Of a DNA stretch of 64,000 nucleotides, positions 12,000 through 25,122 are shown in pieces. Positions within the stretch are counted from its first letter, which is position 1, and every line of letters starts with the position of its first letter. The notes under the pieces are model-generated. The model worked only from the letters and a program-made list of their open reading frames with translations, searched no databases and had not been told where the DNA came from. Made by a program: the position numbers and the translations under genes. The DNA comes from Puccinia triticina (lineage: Eukaryota), in the NCBI GenBank assembly GCA_026914245.1, contig CP110440.1, forward strand, positions 558,001 through 622,000, written 5' to 3'.

Positions 12000-14588
12000 T
12001 TAATTGCGAGTTTCGACAGGCATCAAGGAGCTCAAGACTTGATTACCGTTGATAATCCCAGTAGTTAAGATGATCAATTTTCGTTTATTGCTTGAGTTTT
12101 GGTTATGGTTACTGAAAGTGAACCTTAAGGAAGAGATTTCAGCATAAGTTATTCCTCCCAAATAGCAAACCATCGTCGTTGGAATGGGAGGGTCTATTGA
12201 TGTTGCTCGACCATTGTAGTTTTAAGATTCGAAGATAATCAATAAGCAACTTGTTCATCTTCCATGACTTTTGCCAAAAAACCTTATCTCTGTGCGTACC
12301 ATCTGATCCATCAGCATCAATTTGTCGCTCATCGAAGGCCTCGCCGGGGAAGCTCTTCAAAAGTTCTTCGACAGAACTCTTCCAGCCCAAGGATTTATTG
12401 AAACAGATAGACTCGATAATCCGGACGCTGAGAGGCGCATAGCCAGAATAACTGTAGCTGATATCATTGGGTTCAGGTCCATCCAGTTCATCGACGATCA
12501 ATTTCAGCGGTTTCCTGGCCCCGGAAAATCCTGACCGACCACCGATCAAGGTCATCCCTGACATGATCGACCCAGGTACCGAGCTCGAGCCTCCCGACGC
12601 AGTAGACGTCAACAAGGATAGACTCGATAGCTTGATCAGTAGGTTCACGTGTTGATAGCCATATGTCTGTAAAAGATCTCGCTTCAAGTTTTCAAATGAT
12701 TTGGGCTTGATCCCTCCAGATACTGAAGAGTATAAACATAGCAAGCGCAAGATCGTTCGTAATGGTACTTCTTGGTCTATCAGTTGACCAATCGCCTTCT
12801 CTTGCCCTGATAAATCTAGACCAGCCACCAAATCTTTTGGGTGGGTTGCAAAAAATCGAAAATCAAAGAAAGGTGTGCAAGTTAGCTGACTGAGTATATC
12901 TAGGAAAGGGACTGTATGATGTATATACTTTGTTGTATCTCCAAAGTTTGGTTGAACTCATCACTAGTTGTAGTTGTCATGATTTGCTCGCTCAATCCGG
13001 TGTCTATTCCAGAAATCCATGTCAGCATCTTATTGTTAAAGTTGGGGACAGAAAAAATGAGGTGCCTGAAAGGTTGCCAGCTAACCCACGTAGTCTCAAA
13101 GCTTGGTGCTCATTTTGAAGTTCGGGCAACCTGCCGACGAATTCTCTGATTTGTTGAACGGTCCGAGCCTCGTTGCGCCTTTCGTAATCCATATTGATCC
13201 TTTTGGCGATCCGGTTCAACGAGTTCCCAACGATCGAGAAGTTTTGATCTCTAAGTTCCGAGAAGATGGGATCTGATGATGAACTGAGAACATGTTTTTT
13301 CCGCTTGGCAATCTGTGGAAAGGTTTGAGAGGTGGATGAAGAAGGGATCGAGTGGGCGGTATTGCCAGCGACGGGCGTAGAGGGAGCCAATAAGTCGGGC
13401 GCAACTTCGATGTGCGCTAGATCAATTTTCACAAATATCAGAAAACATATTGCAATCAAAACCAAGGATCAAGATACAAACCGTGTTTGATTCCAAAGAT
13501 CTCGTCAAGAAGACCTTCGTAAGTAAGTTGAGTACACATAGGGGTCACCATATCCAGTTGCCTATCAAGTATGATGATAGAGTCGATTGATCCAGGCGTC
13601 AATTTTGGCATGCTTGTACCGTGCCCTGGTGAAGATACATATTCGGACTTAAGTCGGTGTAACAGACTGGCTAGTTTCTAAGGTTTGTATGGTTTTTTCA
13701 ACACTTGATCAGGTTTCAAAAGATAAGAAAACCAAGTAGGAAGAATACTGACTCGTGAGGCAGTTCCTTTACCAATCAGCCGAGGGATCAATCCAAATGC
13801 TCGCTGGATCGTCATAATGGCTCGGGCCATGTTGTAAATCGGGTTCAAATCTCCATCCTAATACAAATACAAATTGACAGCCGAGTCAAGCTTTCAATAT
13901 TTGGTGAGTCTTTTCTCCAAGTGGGGGTTGGATCGTACAGCGAAGATTCGACTATAGCCACCGAATTCTTCTTCTAAACTGAATACGTCCTTCTCCAATG
14001 GCACAAAATTCAGATCAAATTCTTTGACGTCGGCGCTTCCAAGTACACCAGCTTCAGATAACGCGTTCTTAGATATTTGGGTGGCCCTAGGCGTCATCAA
14101 GATCGTGTAGGAATACGATGAGCGAGCGGGGATCGAGTGGATCTGTTCTAAAGGTGGGTAATCAGAGGAACGAAGAAATGGGAGGTTGTCAAAATTCTGA
14201 ACTACGCAAGACAGATGAGACATGAGAAACACATGATGTACATGATGAACTGACGTGCAATCAACTTCATTGCGCTGACCATCGGTTGGCAAACCCAGAC
14301 GATGTTCTGGGCAGTTCCGGCATTCCCGAGTGGGCCGTTCTCGAGCCAAAATAGTTTATCGACACCATGCTCCTTGAGATTTCCAACCTGGGTGACCAAG
14401 CCGAGTGGACCGGCCAAGACAGGATCGATGATGATGGTCTTTGGGCCGAGGATGTTGTCGAGCTGGTCGGTCAGGGAGCGGACGAGGTATGTCTTGAAGA
14501 TCGAGAAGTCCAAGTTGGTCAGATGGCGATTGAAGCTCGATGGCATCTGGGTCTGGGTCGGTGTTGATGAGCCGGTGGTCATCGCCAT
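12000..14588 (-). CDS. VPS33: Vacuolar protein sorting 33 (Sec1/Munc18 family), multi-exon
   Basis: GPKTIIIDPVLAGPLGLV, LKEHGVDKLFWLE, IIILDRQLDMVTPMCTQLTYEGLLDEIFGIKH, ELRDQNFSIVG, DISYSYSGYAPLSVR, LIILTTGIING; stop at 12000-12002; not every exon boundary was traced. Confidence 0.92.
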
Positions 14589-15516
14589 GGTCAACAGAGC
14601 AGGCGTCTTGACCGGGGGCAGCCATCGGCATCACCCCCCGCCGATCAGCACAGCTATTGGAGACACCTGTCACGAGCATCTCACAGAGCAGTCACAGCTC
14701 CGCACTTCTTCAACTCAGAAAATAGCATCCGCGGGAGGGAGGAAGGTAGGGAGTGGGACTTGTGTTAAATATGTATTTATTCGGAACTACAAATTCGCCT
14801 TGATTTCTGAAAGCCTGGAGTGGGTTGTTCGTGGAGCGTTTGTGTGATTGGTGTGCATCCTCGATAATTTCAAGCTGAGTGACCATGCCGCTCCTTGGAC
14901 CGGCATTTGGGGGAGCGCCATTGAGCAAGAGACCTACTAACCCCGTCGGGAACCGCACCGCACCCACACGCATTGCACCCGGTGATAACAGCCATCAACC
15001 TGGAAAACAATCTGCTCTCAATAGTCTTGAGTCCTTGACTTGAGGTTTGCCTGGCCTTGACGATGACGTAGAAATACACAAACATATGATATACATACGT
15101 ATATCAAATTCACTGAACTGCACCAATTCGTGGCGCGTTTTACTTCCATGACGACGATGTGTTACAAACATGTAGGCCGTGATTCTCTAACGCGCAATAC
15201 ATAGAATCCAGGCGTGACTTGAACTCTGCGGACAGAGACATATAACACCAGGATCCTGGGTCCACACGATTCCCATTTGGCCAGCAACATATGTAGAGGA
15301 ACGCCTGTCAATAACAAGCAACGCGTATTCTGAGTGTAAGTATTCATCCCCTGCTTTGTTTACGCTTTGATTTGATTGATTTTCTAATGCAAGTAGCTGA
15401 TCTATCGTTATTCATCCTACGAAAAATTTGGACCAGGAAAGTCTTGATTGATTGTATCATTGTTTGATGTGATCACAAGCTGAAGCGGGTCTTGAAAATT
15501 ATCAAACTATGTATGT

Positions 15517-17148
15517 ATGTATGTCTTTCGAAAAGTGCCAGCTTACTTCACATGTCAGCACGTAACTAATTGTAGTCTTTTTCTGCGAAAGTCGTTCCCC
15601 ATCTCCCTGAGCAGCCGACAGTCTACAATTCAAAAACCTTGCTTCCAGAGTGAAATGTACCCCGTTCAATATACTGGGTCAATGATTGACCAGCTTGATC
15701 TATACGAATCCGTTCGCTGTCTCCGAGCACAAGCAGCATGGTGGTTAGCATGCAATAGTATATCGCGCAACAAGGTACACGAAGAAGAAATGCTACATCC
15801 GAAAAGCATGATTTTCTTTGAATCGCACATCTTGGATGGTCTGAGGATTTGCGGCTACACGGACGAGGCTTTCGGTTCAAGGGCAAGAGGTTATCCAGTT
15901 CTAGTTCAACTTACAGATCCCGCTCTTACGACCGGAATACTCGGACATCCATTCGAAAAAATCCTCACAGAGTTGGTTGCAGCCGAAGGTCGCGATGGAA
16001 GTTACGTTTTGGATTTCCTAGCCTCTCTCTGGCCAGGTGAATGGCTTGACGACGAAGACGCCCTGAGGGACTACACGCTATCGATTTTCTCGCCATTCGA
16101 GATTCAAGATTCCAAAAATATTCTGGGTCTCTCCAGGTTCCTCAAGCTAAATGGATTTTTCCAACAACGAGAATACGAAACAATACATGTCGAAAAATCT
16201 ATCCGCGGCCACACAGTCTCTTTCAACGTATGGCGATTCGAAACCGGCAAGGGTCTCTCCATCAAGAAAAGCTATACTATCCGATTATTAATCGCCTGCT
16301 GGTTACCGCCCTTGCTAGTGATCGTAGCATTATGCACCATGCATTTACTGAACCCAGACATGGGATTGGGTGATATCCTGTCTCTAGTTGGGGCTGGCTT
16401 GAGTGCACTCGCGGCATGGATTCCTGGGATCGTGTTGAAAGGATGGCAATTGGGCGATGCTGTTAGAGGGAACTATTATACCACCGACCTAGATACCGCA
16501 CAAGAACTCTCAAAGTCGAAAGCACTCCGATTAGCTTCATGTTATCCTTCGATTCGAAGGCAACGCGCGACTCAAGATGCGTATCTCGAACCAGCTCCCT
16601 TGGTCGCAACGGCTGTCCGGAGAGGAGATGCGGCTGTGGTGGGCAAAGGCGGATGCTACTTCGGGCTGATGGGCGAACTCCGTGGGACGTTTTCACCCTT
16701 AGAAGTCACTTGCAACAGTGGTGTGCCACTGGAAGTTCTGGTGCTGGAACCTCTAGGGGCCCTCAAGATACCGATACCCCGGAAAGGGCGGGGCACGACA
16801 AAGGCTTATGTTAATAGAGGGTTTTACAATATCTCGGAAGTTCAACGGAAAAGTGAGGCGAGCGTCCATTTGGAACAGCCGTGGCAAGCCGATTTACCAA
16901 AACTACAAGTACTTCTGTCGACCAGGAGATCATCATACCGACCTTATCAGACAAATGGACAGCTCGGAGAGCTAGTCTTAGATCCGGATTCGAAGACTTT
17001 GGCGACTGAAAGGTTTAAGAGAACCCTAAACTCTAGATTTGGCGACAGGTACCTTGAAGACGTTGCCCTGTTGACACGGGTCTTGCGGGGTGGTAAAAAT
17101 CTACTATTAGGGAGTATGCTTTCGAAATCGGGTGAAGAAATGGTTTGA
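15517..17148 (+). CDS. Intronless 543-aa hypothetical protein with two adjacent hydrophobic segments (true start may be the Met at 15655)
   Basis: Uninterrupted 1.6-kb ORF; hydrophobic stretches IRLLIACWLPPLLVIVALCTM and LGDILSLVGAGLSALAAWIPGIVL. Confidence 0.7.
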   Translation: MYVFRKVPAYFTCQHVTNCSLFLRKSFPISLSSRQSTIQKPCFQSEMYPVQYTGSMIDQLDLYESVRCLRAQAAWWLACNSISRNKVHEEEMLHPKSMIFFESHILDGLRICGYTDEAFGSRARGYPVLVQLTDPALTTGILGHPFEKILTELVAAEGRDGSYVLDFLASLWPGEWLDDEDALRDYTLSIFSPFEIQDSKNILGLSRFLKLNGFFQQREYETIHVEKSIRGHTVSFNVWRFETGKGLSIKKSYTIRLLIACWLPPLLVIVALCTMHLLNPDMGLGDILSLVGAGLSALAAWIPGIVLKGWQLGDAVRGNYYTTDLDTAQELSKSKALRLASCYPSIRRQRATQDAYLEPAPLVATAVRRGDAAVVGKGGCYFGLMGELRGTFSPLEVTCNSGVPLEVLVLEPLGALKIPIPRKGRGTTKAYVNRGFYNISEVQRKSEASVHLEQPWQADLPKLQVLLSTRRSSYRPYQTNGQLGELVLDPDSKTLATERFKRTLNSRFGDRYLEDVALLTRVLRGGKNLLLGSMLSKSGEEMV

Positions 17149-17877
17149 TAATCGAGCTCCTAGCCATGGTCTATCTGTTATCTAAAAATTTGGGAGCAAC
17201 AATCGACAAAAAGCAAACCATTTCATTTCAGACCAGCTTTCCTCCGCAAACCAGGCTACATACAGGAACCTGGAAGTATATATTTTCCCTCTTTTCTACA
17301 TAGCAGCAGTATAGTATAGTCAGAGCTATCTCAAAGTGCAAATCAACCAAATGAGAACCCGCGTCTAAATAACTCATCATTCACTCAAGGTTCCATTCAA
17401 ATATGTACAACTTGTTTCCTTTCTGGCCCAACTGGCTCAAATAATGTTTAAATCTTGGGGATGTTTAATAATTGATGGTTTGTTTTTAGAAAAAAACTTC
17501 ACATTTTCCTGTATTGGTTAGTTGAGTACCACACCAATTTTTTTTCACCAAAAGCAAACCCTTGTCACCACATCCAGCATCAAAACACCCGGCACCGCCT
17601 GGCGGTTGCGCAGCGGGTGTGGGGGGTAACCGCCAGGGGGTACCAGGTATCTCCCAGCGGGTACTCGGAGACCGTCCCTAGTAGTAGTCTCTCCCGTGTG
17701 CTGTTTGGCTTTGGGTAGATTGGTCACAAAGTAGAAGAATCTCAAGATTGGTAATGTGGGGTGGGTGAAGGGGATCATAATTTCTTCAATTATGGTGTTC
17801 AAAGTTGGTTTATGCATGGATAAATATAAAGGGACTTGGAAAAACGACTCCCAACTTTTGGGAACACAACTCCCATA

Positions 17878-19617
17878 CACCCCGGGAGTACCTCCACGTG
17901 CACCTAACTGAAAATCTCCGAGGATTCCTTGGGAACCTGTGTGCGAGGTCGGACCTGCAGGTGACGGTCCAGGGTATTGCGAGGTCACCACCCATATCTC
18001 AGGGGTGGCCTCGATGGGATCACCCCGAGGAATCCACAGAAGCCTTGGGCCTTTCGTGGACACAGCGAGGCCTCCATGTGATACAAACATTACTGGAGGG
18101 CCCATGGCTTCTCCATGCGGTGCGCTCTACCACAGATAGGCTCATTGGTCACATCAGACCGGATTAATTCATATCTGTCAGATATGGCAGATACTGCTGG
18201 GGTATGTAGCCAGTCACTGCATTGTGTAGTCGTGGTGAGACAAACAGAGAGAGGTAAATAGAAAAGAAGCAATAACAAGTGTACATACCACAAAGAGAGA
18301 AATTGGGGAAGGGAAAAAAACACACAGCAAAGAAAGAAAAAATCCGAATAAGGGACACAAAAAAAATGGAAACAAATGGGAGGGCTGTTGTAGGATTACT
18401 CCCAACAGATAGCCGACGGAGTGCGAGATAGAAAAGCAGTTGGGGCTTGAGTGCCACAGAGCTGATTGACAAGACCGTTGCCCCGTGTAACTGCGCTCCG
18501 TCAAGCTCAATGGTCACAAGTTCTGTCCGTACTGCAGACCCCCATCTGGTGTCACAAGTGCGCCGGCCCTCTCCGTGCCCGTATTCGCCGCCCGAGAGAC
18601 CCGGCTTGCTGAGCCACCCACACCTTTCAGCTGGTTGTGCTCGGCTAGCAACCGTTTGCGCAGTCCAAAAGGTGGCTGGCGGGTGCCCGGAACAACGTAC
18701 AAGGAGATCGGCGACTGTAGTGCATACAACTCGCGCTTCATTGAACGGGATGTCTGGGTAGATACGGGAGCGATAATAATTGGCTGTTGCCACTGATCAC
18801 CGTTGAGTTAACGCTTGTGCTAGACCTTAATGTAAGAAGTCAGATAGCGCCACCCTTCCGCCTTGTTCAGGCAGCCTCAACTCACTTCAACAATTGCCCA
18901 GGCCATAGAGTTGTGGGGTGGTCTGCTGTTGGGCGGCTGCCATGGTCCTTTTGGACATAACTGAAAGATTGGGGCCGATCGGAGCAGCTGAGAGAGTCAT
19001 GTTGTTCGGAGTTTTGACTTTTTTGCAGTACTTTAGATTCAGCTGATGAGAGGAAGAAGCAGAAGCAGGTCAGCTTTTGTTTTGTTTTTTACATTATTTG
19101 GTGAGGGGTGAGGGGTGAGGTGGTGAGGTGATGTGAGGTGGATATGTCTGACTCTGAGCGAGCCACAGCCTCGGACTCGGAGGTGGAAGGGATTGTGCTG
19201 GGGACTTGGAGCAGGCTTGAGCAGCCAAGTGAAATTTTTTGTTTGTGTCTCACAATATTTTCCGCGGCAGGGGTGGTCTGATGTGGTTGGTGAGGGCCAG
19301 GGAGGCCAGTGCCGGTCTTTTGCTTGCCATCAAGGTGGGCCAAACACAGCAAGCCGTGAAAGCCAGACAGAAAAAATGGAGTGTGTGGTTTTGATGCAAA
19401 CAAAAAAGCGCTTTCCTGGACTCCACCAAGATTCAATCTACTCGCGTGGAGTCCTCTGATTTTTTCTCATGGGAGTGACGAGGAATTGAGACCCCTGTCC
19501 ATCTCCGACAGCGTGCCCACAATCACGTGGGAAACGGTGGATCCCACGTCTGTTTCACAGATCAAGCGCGACCCACCGGATCCACCCGAGGTCGCGGCAA
19601 GAAGTACCCCCGCCGTG
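17878..19617. mobile_element. CAC...GTG element with TA duplication, interrupting the left arm of the 17794-23348 element
   Basis: Imperfect TIR CACCCCGGGAGTACC / AGTACCCCCGCCGTG flanked by TA; removing it restores the host arm. Confidence 0.65.
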
Positions 19618-19850
19618 TATGTTGGCGCGACTATTTTTTGACCAGTGCTCAACGTCGACCTAGACCCTTTTTTTGGGTACGGGTTTTTTGGGAGTCGTCA
19701 ACCTAAATTATTTTAAATTTGGGAGTCGTCCCCACTAATGTTTATTATTATTTTTATTATTTAGAAAATAAGAGCATCTCCACCGCGGGAGCTAAATCAA
19801 GGGACTAAACCAAATTTAGCTCCCCAGATCCAATTTAGCTCCTCCACCGG

Positions 19851-20434
19851 TGTAAGACTCAAAAGTGTTCCTGAGAACCTTTTGCTGAATGTAGAAGGGG
19901 ATGATGGAGGTGCAAACTCTGCCCTTCTATACTATCAGTCAACAAGACCCACCAAGCTATGCTTGGCAAGTTTTAATCAAATGATAGGTCTGGTCTAGTT
20001 CCAGATGAAGTTGTTCGATGACAGGTATGTGAGATTTGAGAGTGAGTTCAGTAGTTATTTGCAAATATAAGGGTTGTAGTGATGTGTGGTGGTGATGGTA
20101 AGTATCAAGGGTGGTATGTAAATAACTGGTGAGTACTGAGCTGAGGAGCTGACAACTGGGGAGGAGAGAGCACCTTATATAGACAAAAGTGGAGCCCCAG
20201 AGGGGCTTGTGGGTTAGGGTTTCAGCTGATCTGGACAACAGTGTGAGGGATTTCAGCTGGTTGGAGTAGATACAAATGATGTCATAATGTGTCAGGGGTA
20301 CATAAATGATGTCATAAGAATGCAGTAGGGCCGCATGAAGGCTGCGTAAAGTGACAGTAGACTGCATGAGTTGACAGGTGGATGCAGGGGGTGCATAAAT
20401 GTGTCTGAGGCTGCAGAGTCAGTGCGTGATGACA
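19851..20434. mobile_element. LTR-like remnant
   Basis: TGTAAG...TGACA boundaries; non-coding; no matching TSD found. Confidence 0.3.
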
Positions 20435-20799
20435 TCATAATATGGAAATAGAAGAGTACTCGATAATATGTAATGACTGTAGTCTGATGGGGAGATGTAT
20501 GCTTTTATCCTGTGATGTGTATAAGCATAATGCTGTGATCTTTGACTTGAGGCTTGTGACAGGTTGGTGATTTGGTATGTTGAACGTGTGATGGGTGTCC
20601 AGTGTCCAAAGAAGTGTAGGTTCCAATCCAGAGGGGCTCCAGTGACGCTTCCAGTGGTGACTAGGGGTAAAATTGGCTGTAGAATCCATTTCTGGGGTCC
20701 ATTTGATGGTATCTTAAGGCGTATTGTGAGTAAATATGTAGTATAGAAAAAACTTTTGATTTTTCACTTTTCCGTCTACCACACCGGAGGCGCTAAAGG

Positions 20800-21792
20800 C
20801 TACCCTAAAGTAGGAAAACCAATCCGGGGAGCCGAGTGCATCAACCAACTGACGTGGGGCAAAATCAAAACTAACGACTGACGTCATCACCTCAATTCTG
20901 TTGTTGCTTGAGGAGACCCCAACCACCACACTCAAAAAACTTGCCAAACATGTCAAAAGCAAATTTGATATCCAAGTTACACCAGCAGCCATCCAGAAGA
21001 CTCTCAAAACAATCAAAGTGACTTGGAAGACTGTCACTCCCATTCCACAAAAGTGGAATGAGGCAGCATTCCTCCAACAACAACACAATTACATCTTGAA
21101 CCGTGTGACCAATGTTGGACAGAAGCTCATCTTTGTTGATGAGTCTGGTTTCAACTCTGAGACTTGTCCTTTGCATGGTTATGCGTTAAGTGGTACGTTT
21201 GTTTTTCTACTTTTTTTTATTTGATGCTGATTGATTCCTCAAATTGCAGGAAATGCGGCTGCTTTGAAGACAAATGCGCGAGGGAGTATGATCAATCTCA
21301 TTGGTGCAATGTCTGAAGAGGGGATGCCATACTACAAACTGCTTAACAAAGATGGGAAAAAAAAAGACTGGAACGACTTCACTTGACATATGTAACTTCC
21401 TGGTTTGGCGCAAGGACCACTGCTCTACTGGATCAATCATTGTGATGGACAACGCTAAGATTCATGGTGGGGAGGACTTTGAACAAGTTTGCAATCTACT
21501 CAAGGAATCAGACAAAAAAATCAAAATTGAATTTCTACCAAAGTATTCCCCCTTTTTGAATCCAATTGAGCTAGCGTTCAACATCATCAAGATTGATGTC
21601 AAACACAAAGAAATCAAATCACAATCTGATTTAGCAAAGACAATCTGCGAAGCAATCAGCCAGAAGATGACACCCAAGATTTGCCACAAGTCCTTCTTAC
21701 ATTGTCAAAAATTTTACAGTAGTTGTACGCATATGCAGCCAATCACTGGCAACATCATCAAAGACCCAGAAAAATTTTTTCAGGTTCCCTAA
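20800..21792 (+). pseudogene. IS630/Tc1-mariner DDE transposase, degenerate
   Basis: HTH-like TTTLKKLAKHV; LIFVDESGFN; IIVMDNAKIH; FLPKYSPFLNPIE (39 residues between second D and E); intron about 21193-21249; frameshift and upstream stops. Confidence 0.85.
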
Positions 21793-23111
21793 GTACTAGA
21801 AGTCTTTTTACCTTATCAGCACAGATTTTTTTACCCTATCAGCACACATTTTTATTTTACAAATACACACTTTTTGTTTTATTTTTTCCTGTGGCTCTAA
21901 AATGTATGCAAGAAATTAACCCTATCCTTTTATTTGACTCAAAAGAATTTTTTTCATCATAAAAAGGTGCCGCGCACAAGAGATTTGAGATGCAAAGAAG
22001 CCATGTCCAGAGGATTTTAAATTAGGACAGTTTCAAGTTAAGAGGAGGAAAATTTTATTCAACAAGTGGACCACTCATTTTCAACCAGAGGACATGAATA
22101 AGTTAAAAAGAGGACAGAATTATTCAATCACCGGACAGATGAGGAAAAATGAGGACAGATTTTTTCAAAAAGAGGACAAATGAAATCAACACCCGGACAT
22201 TCAGGAGTTGATTTCCGGACAGTTTTCTGTTGATGCATAGTATTGCTGCCATGTTGACCGGACATCAGTATTGCACCTCTTGTGCTGACCGGCCATCGGG
22301 GAGTTGGGGGTAGCCGGTTTCACAACCTGGAGGTGCTACTTTGGGAACCTTGCGGTGTGAAAGAGACCTTGGTTGAGAAGCTAAAACTGCGCCGCAGTCG
22401 CCCAAGCCTGGGATTTAGTCCCTCAGATAGTCCCCCACGGTGGAGATTCTCTAACTGCTGACTGTGTAAATTTTGCGTTACACACCAAAATGTCCACAAA
22501 TTTCAGAGATATCTTAAGACTGCATAAACTCTGTGATATAAAATTTCTGGTATTATTGTTCCATCCAAACATGACACATAAGGGGTGTGCTGAATGCTTA
22601 GGCAACAGGGGCCAGGGAGTCCTGGGCGGCGGCGGGGGCGGCTGGGTTAATCATGCTGATGGTGGTCACAGACGGCGTGCGGTTGGGTTGGACGGTTATG
22701 GGTTGGTGTGGTGGTTGTGGTGTGTGATGGGTGGGTTCAAAGGGGAGTTGTCACAACTCCCTGGGGGTTCCCTTGGCCCCCGCGGCCGACTGCCAAATTA
22801 ACGCATGTCGGCGCGGGTTTTGGGTGAACGACTCCCAAACCCTCCCAGGAAAAACAATAAAAATAATAATAAAAATTAGTGGGGACAACTCCCAAATTTA
22901 AAATAATTTAGGTTGACGACTCCCAAAAAGGGGGTCAGGTTGACGTCAAGCGCTGGTCAAAAAATAGTTGCGCTGACGTATGGGAGTTGTTTTCCCAAAA
23001 GTTAGGAGTTGTTATTCCAAGTCCCATTAATATAAATTCATGTTCTTTTTGTTTGCTGGGATTAAATAATCATGCTTGCAAGATCCCCTGCAAAAAAGGG
23101 TTTATAATTTA

Positions 23112-23306
23112 AGGTGTTCAAAGTTGGAATCATAAAATTTTTGAATCATAAAATCATAAAATCATAAACCTTTTGGGTGATAATTTTTTATGTCCCATTT
23201 TCAAACTATTGCTCTGTTTTGAGTGTTTGGGTGGTACAAATTTTTCTGCTTAAAATTTTATGATTTTATGGTGTTATGGTTTTATGCAAGTCAACTTTGA
23301 ACACCT
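23112..23306. mobile_element. Tourist/Harbinger-like MITE, copy 3
   Basis: Same family as 7839-8034; TTA/TAA flanks. Confidence 0.8.
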
Positions 23307-24505
23307 TAATTGTATGATTTATGCATGCACAAACCAACTATGAACACCATGGAAAAACCTTGATCCAAGTATTGGGGGAGAATTTTTTACTCTTCTGCTT
23401 GATTTGCTTTGAAGTAGGCTCTATTGGCTGTAATGAGGAAGTCCATTGCATCCATCTGACTGTGAGGCAAGGGGTGTTGTCCCATGAATGCTAGGTGACA
23501 TACAGGTCAGTGGCGAGTTGTATTATGGAGGTTCACCTGAGGGTTTAACTAACATTACGGCAATATCAAATTCCAAAGAAGCCAAAAAAAAGTGGCTCCA
23601 AAGCGGTCCTGTAAGGACTTGGGAGAGTCTTTCACTGAGGTTCTTTAACAGGGCGCAAGGGGACAAGGCAGAAGGACGTTGGGGCACAATTCTAGTCCCA
23701 ACAGGTCTTTGAATTTGCACAAGATGAAAACCAGAAAATTAGAGAGTAGATGAAGGGGCCAGGATCTCTCAGTCTATGGAATCAAGGAAAAGAAGAGAGA
23801 AGAGAGGAAAGGGGCAGGGAGGAGAGTTGCATAGCATGGTAGAGTCTAGAGAGAAGATGAAGGGGCTAGGAGGAGGAAGCAACTCAGACTAAGCACTCAG
23901 TACCTGATGTCATGTTGTGACAGTTTTTGTGAACCCCCACAAGGGGTGAGAGTTTACAGGTCCTGGAGGCAAAAAATGAAAAGGAAACAAATTGTCTGGA
24001 AATGCAACCAAGCCCGCAAACCCAAAAGCAAAGGCTGGAAAAAGATCACTGTGATCTAGGCAATTATTCAGTTCAAAAATGTGGTAAACAAGACCCCACC
24101 ATGGAAGACTCCTGATTAAGGTTCTTCACTGATTGTTGTTGGGAGCACAAGAGAAAATTTGAAAGGCCTAAAAATGTTGTGGTGGTGCGGGTGTCAAAAA
24201 TGACTGGGGATGTGAGGAGTACAGGAGTTTGGGGGCTGAGTATTCAACCAGGAGACGCGCAAAACCTGTCTACAGATAAGGGCGGCGGAGCGCAGAACTT
24301 GAGGTGGCGGTGCGCGGAGCTCAAGATCAAGGCTGGAATCAAACTGAGCAGGCCAGCAAGGACTGACTAGTAGCGGCTGGGATTGGGGGAAGCTGTGGCA
24401 GCCAAAAAGGTGGCAAGTGGGATCCCTATTCAGTAGGCTAGGCAGGGCCATAGAAGCTAGGGAGAGAGGAGTTTTGTTGAGATTTCACTTGATGAGGAAG
24501 TGGTT

Positions 24506-25122
24506 GTAAGCCGTGCCTCCCGCGTACTCACAGAAACTATCACCAGACTGTCACAGACGCCGGTCCAAACACCCATTTAGTCCCAGCTCCCCCGCACCCT
24601 CCTAACTCAGCAGGGACGTACTAAGACTTCCCCTGAGTTAGGTGAGTGAGACCCTTTCCCTTTCTCTCTCTCCTCTCTCCCTCTCTTCTTCCCCTTTCCC
24701 TCCTTTTGTAGTTAGCAGGGAAGTACTAAGACTTCCCCCGAGTTAGCCCTTTGCGAAGCAGACACAGAGGTTCTAGAAGCTCCCTCTTGCCCCTTGTCCC
24801 TTGTTCTTGCCTCGCAAGCCTTGTCAGTGCAGAACCCCCCTCCCGGGAGCGCTTACAGTGGTTGAGAGGCGAGGAGGAGGGGTTTGAATAAGGAGCTGGG
24901 TCTGAGGACTTGGGCACTGTGGGTCTTGAATTTTGTGTTAAGGTCTGTTCTATGGAGAGGAAGATGGAGTCTGGGGTTTCTGGATCCAAGATGGTAGATT
25001 GCAGGATGAGGAAGAGGCTTGGATCTCCAGCCTCTTGAACATTGAGTATGGTCTGTGACATGTACGTGTAGTCTATGTACATGTGAGTCTGCGCTGCGGA
25101 GCCTGCGCTACGGCTCATAACA
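24506..25122. mobile_element. LTR-like remnant
   Basis: TGTAAGCCGT...ACGGCTCATAACA; internal duplicate AGCAGGGA.GTACTAAGACTTCCCC.GAGTTAG; no TSD seen. Confidence 0.35.

Larger units (their letters stand above)
19772..22451. mobile_element. Harbinger/PIF-type TIR element
   Basis: GAGCATCTCCACCGCGGG...CCCACGGTGGAGATTCTC; TAA TSD (19769-19771, 22452-22454). Confidence 0.75.
17794..23348. mobile_element. Long-TIR non-autonomous element hosting several nested insertions
   Basis: GGTGTTCAAAGTTGGTTT...AAACCAACTATGAACACC; arms 17831-17877 plus 19618-19760 mirror 22855-23025; TSD unclear. Confidence 0.65.

Noticed and set aside
17960..18300. Segment similar to 25710-26100
   Set aside because: A dispersed decayed repeat; no reading frame could be assigned
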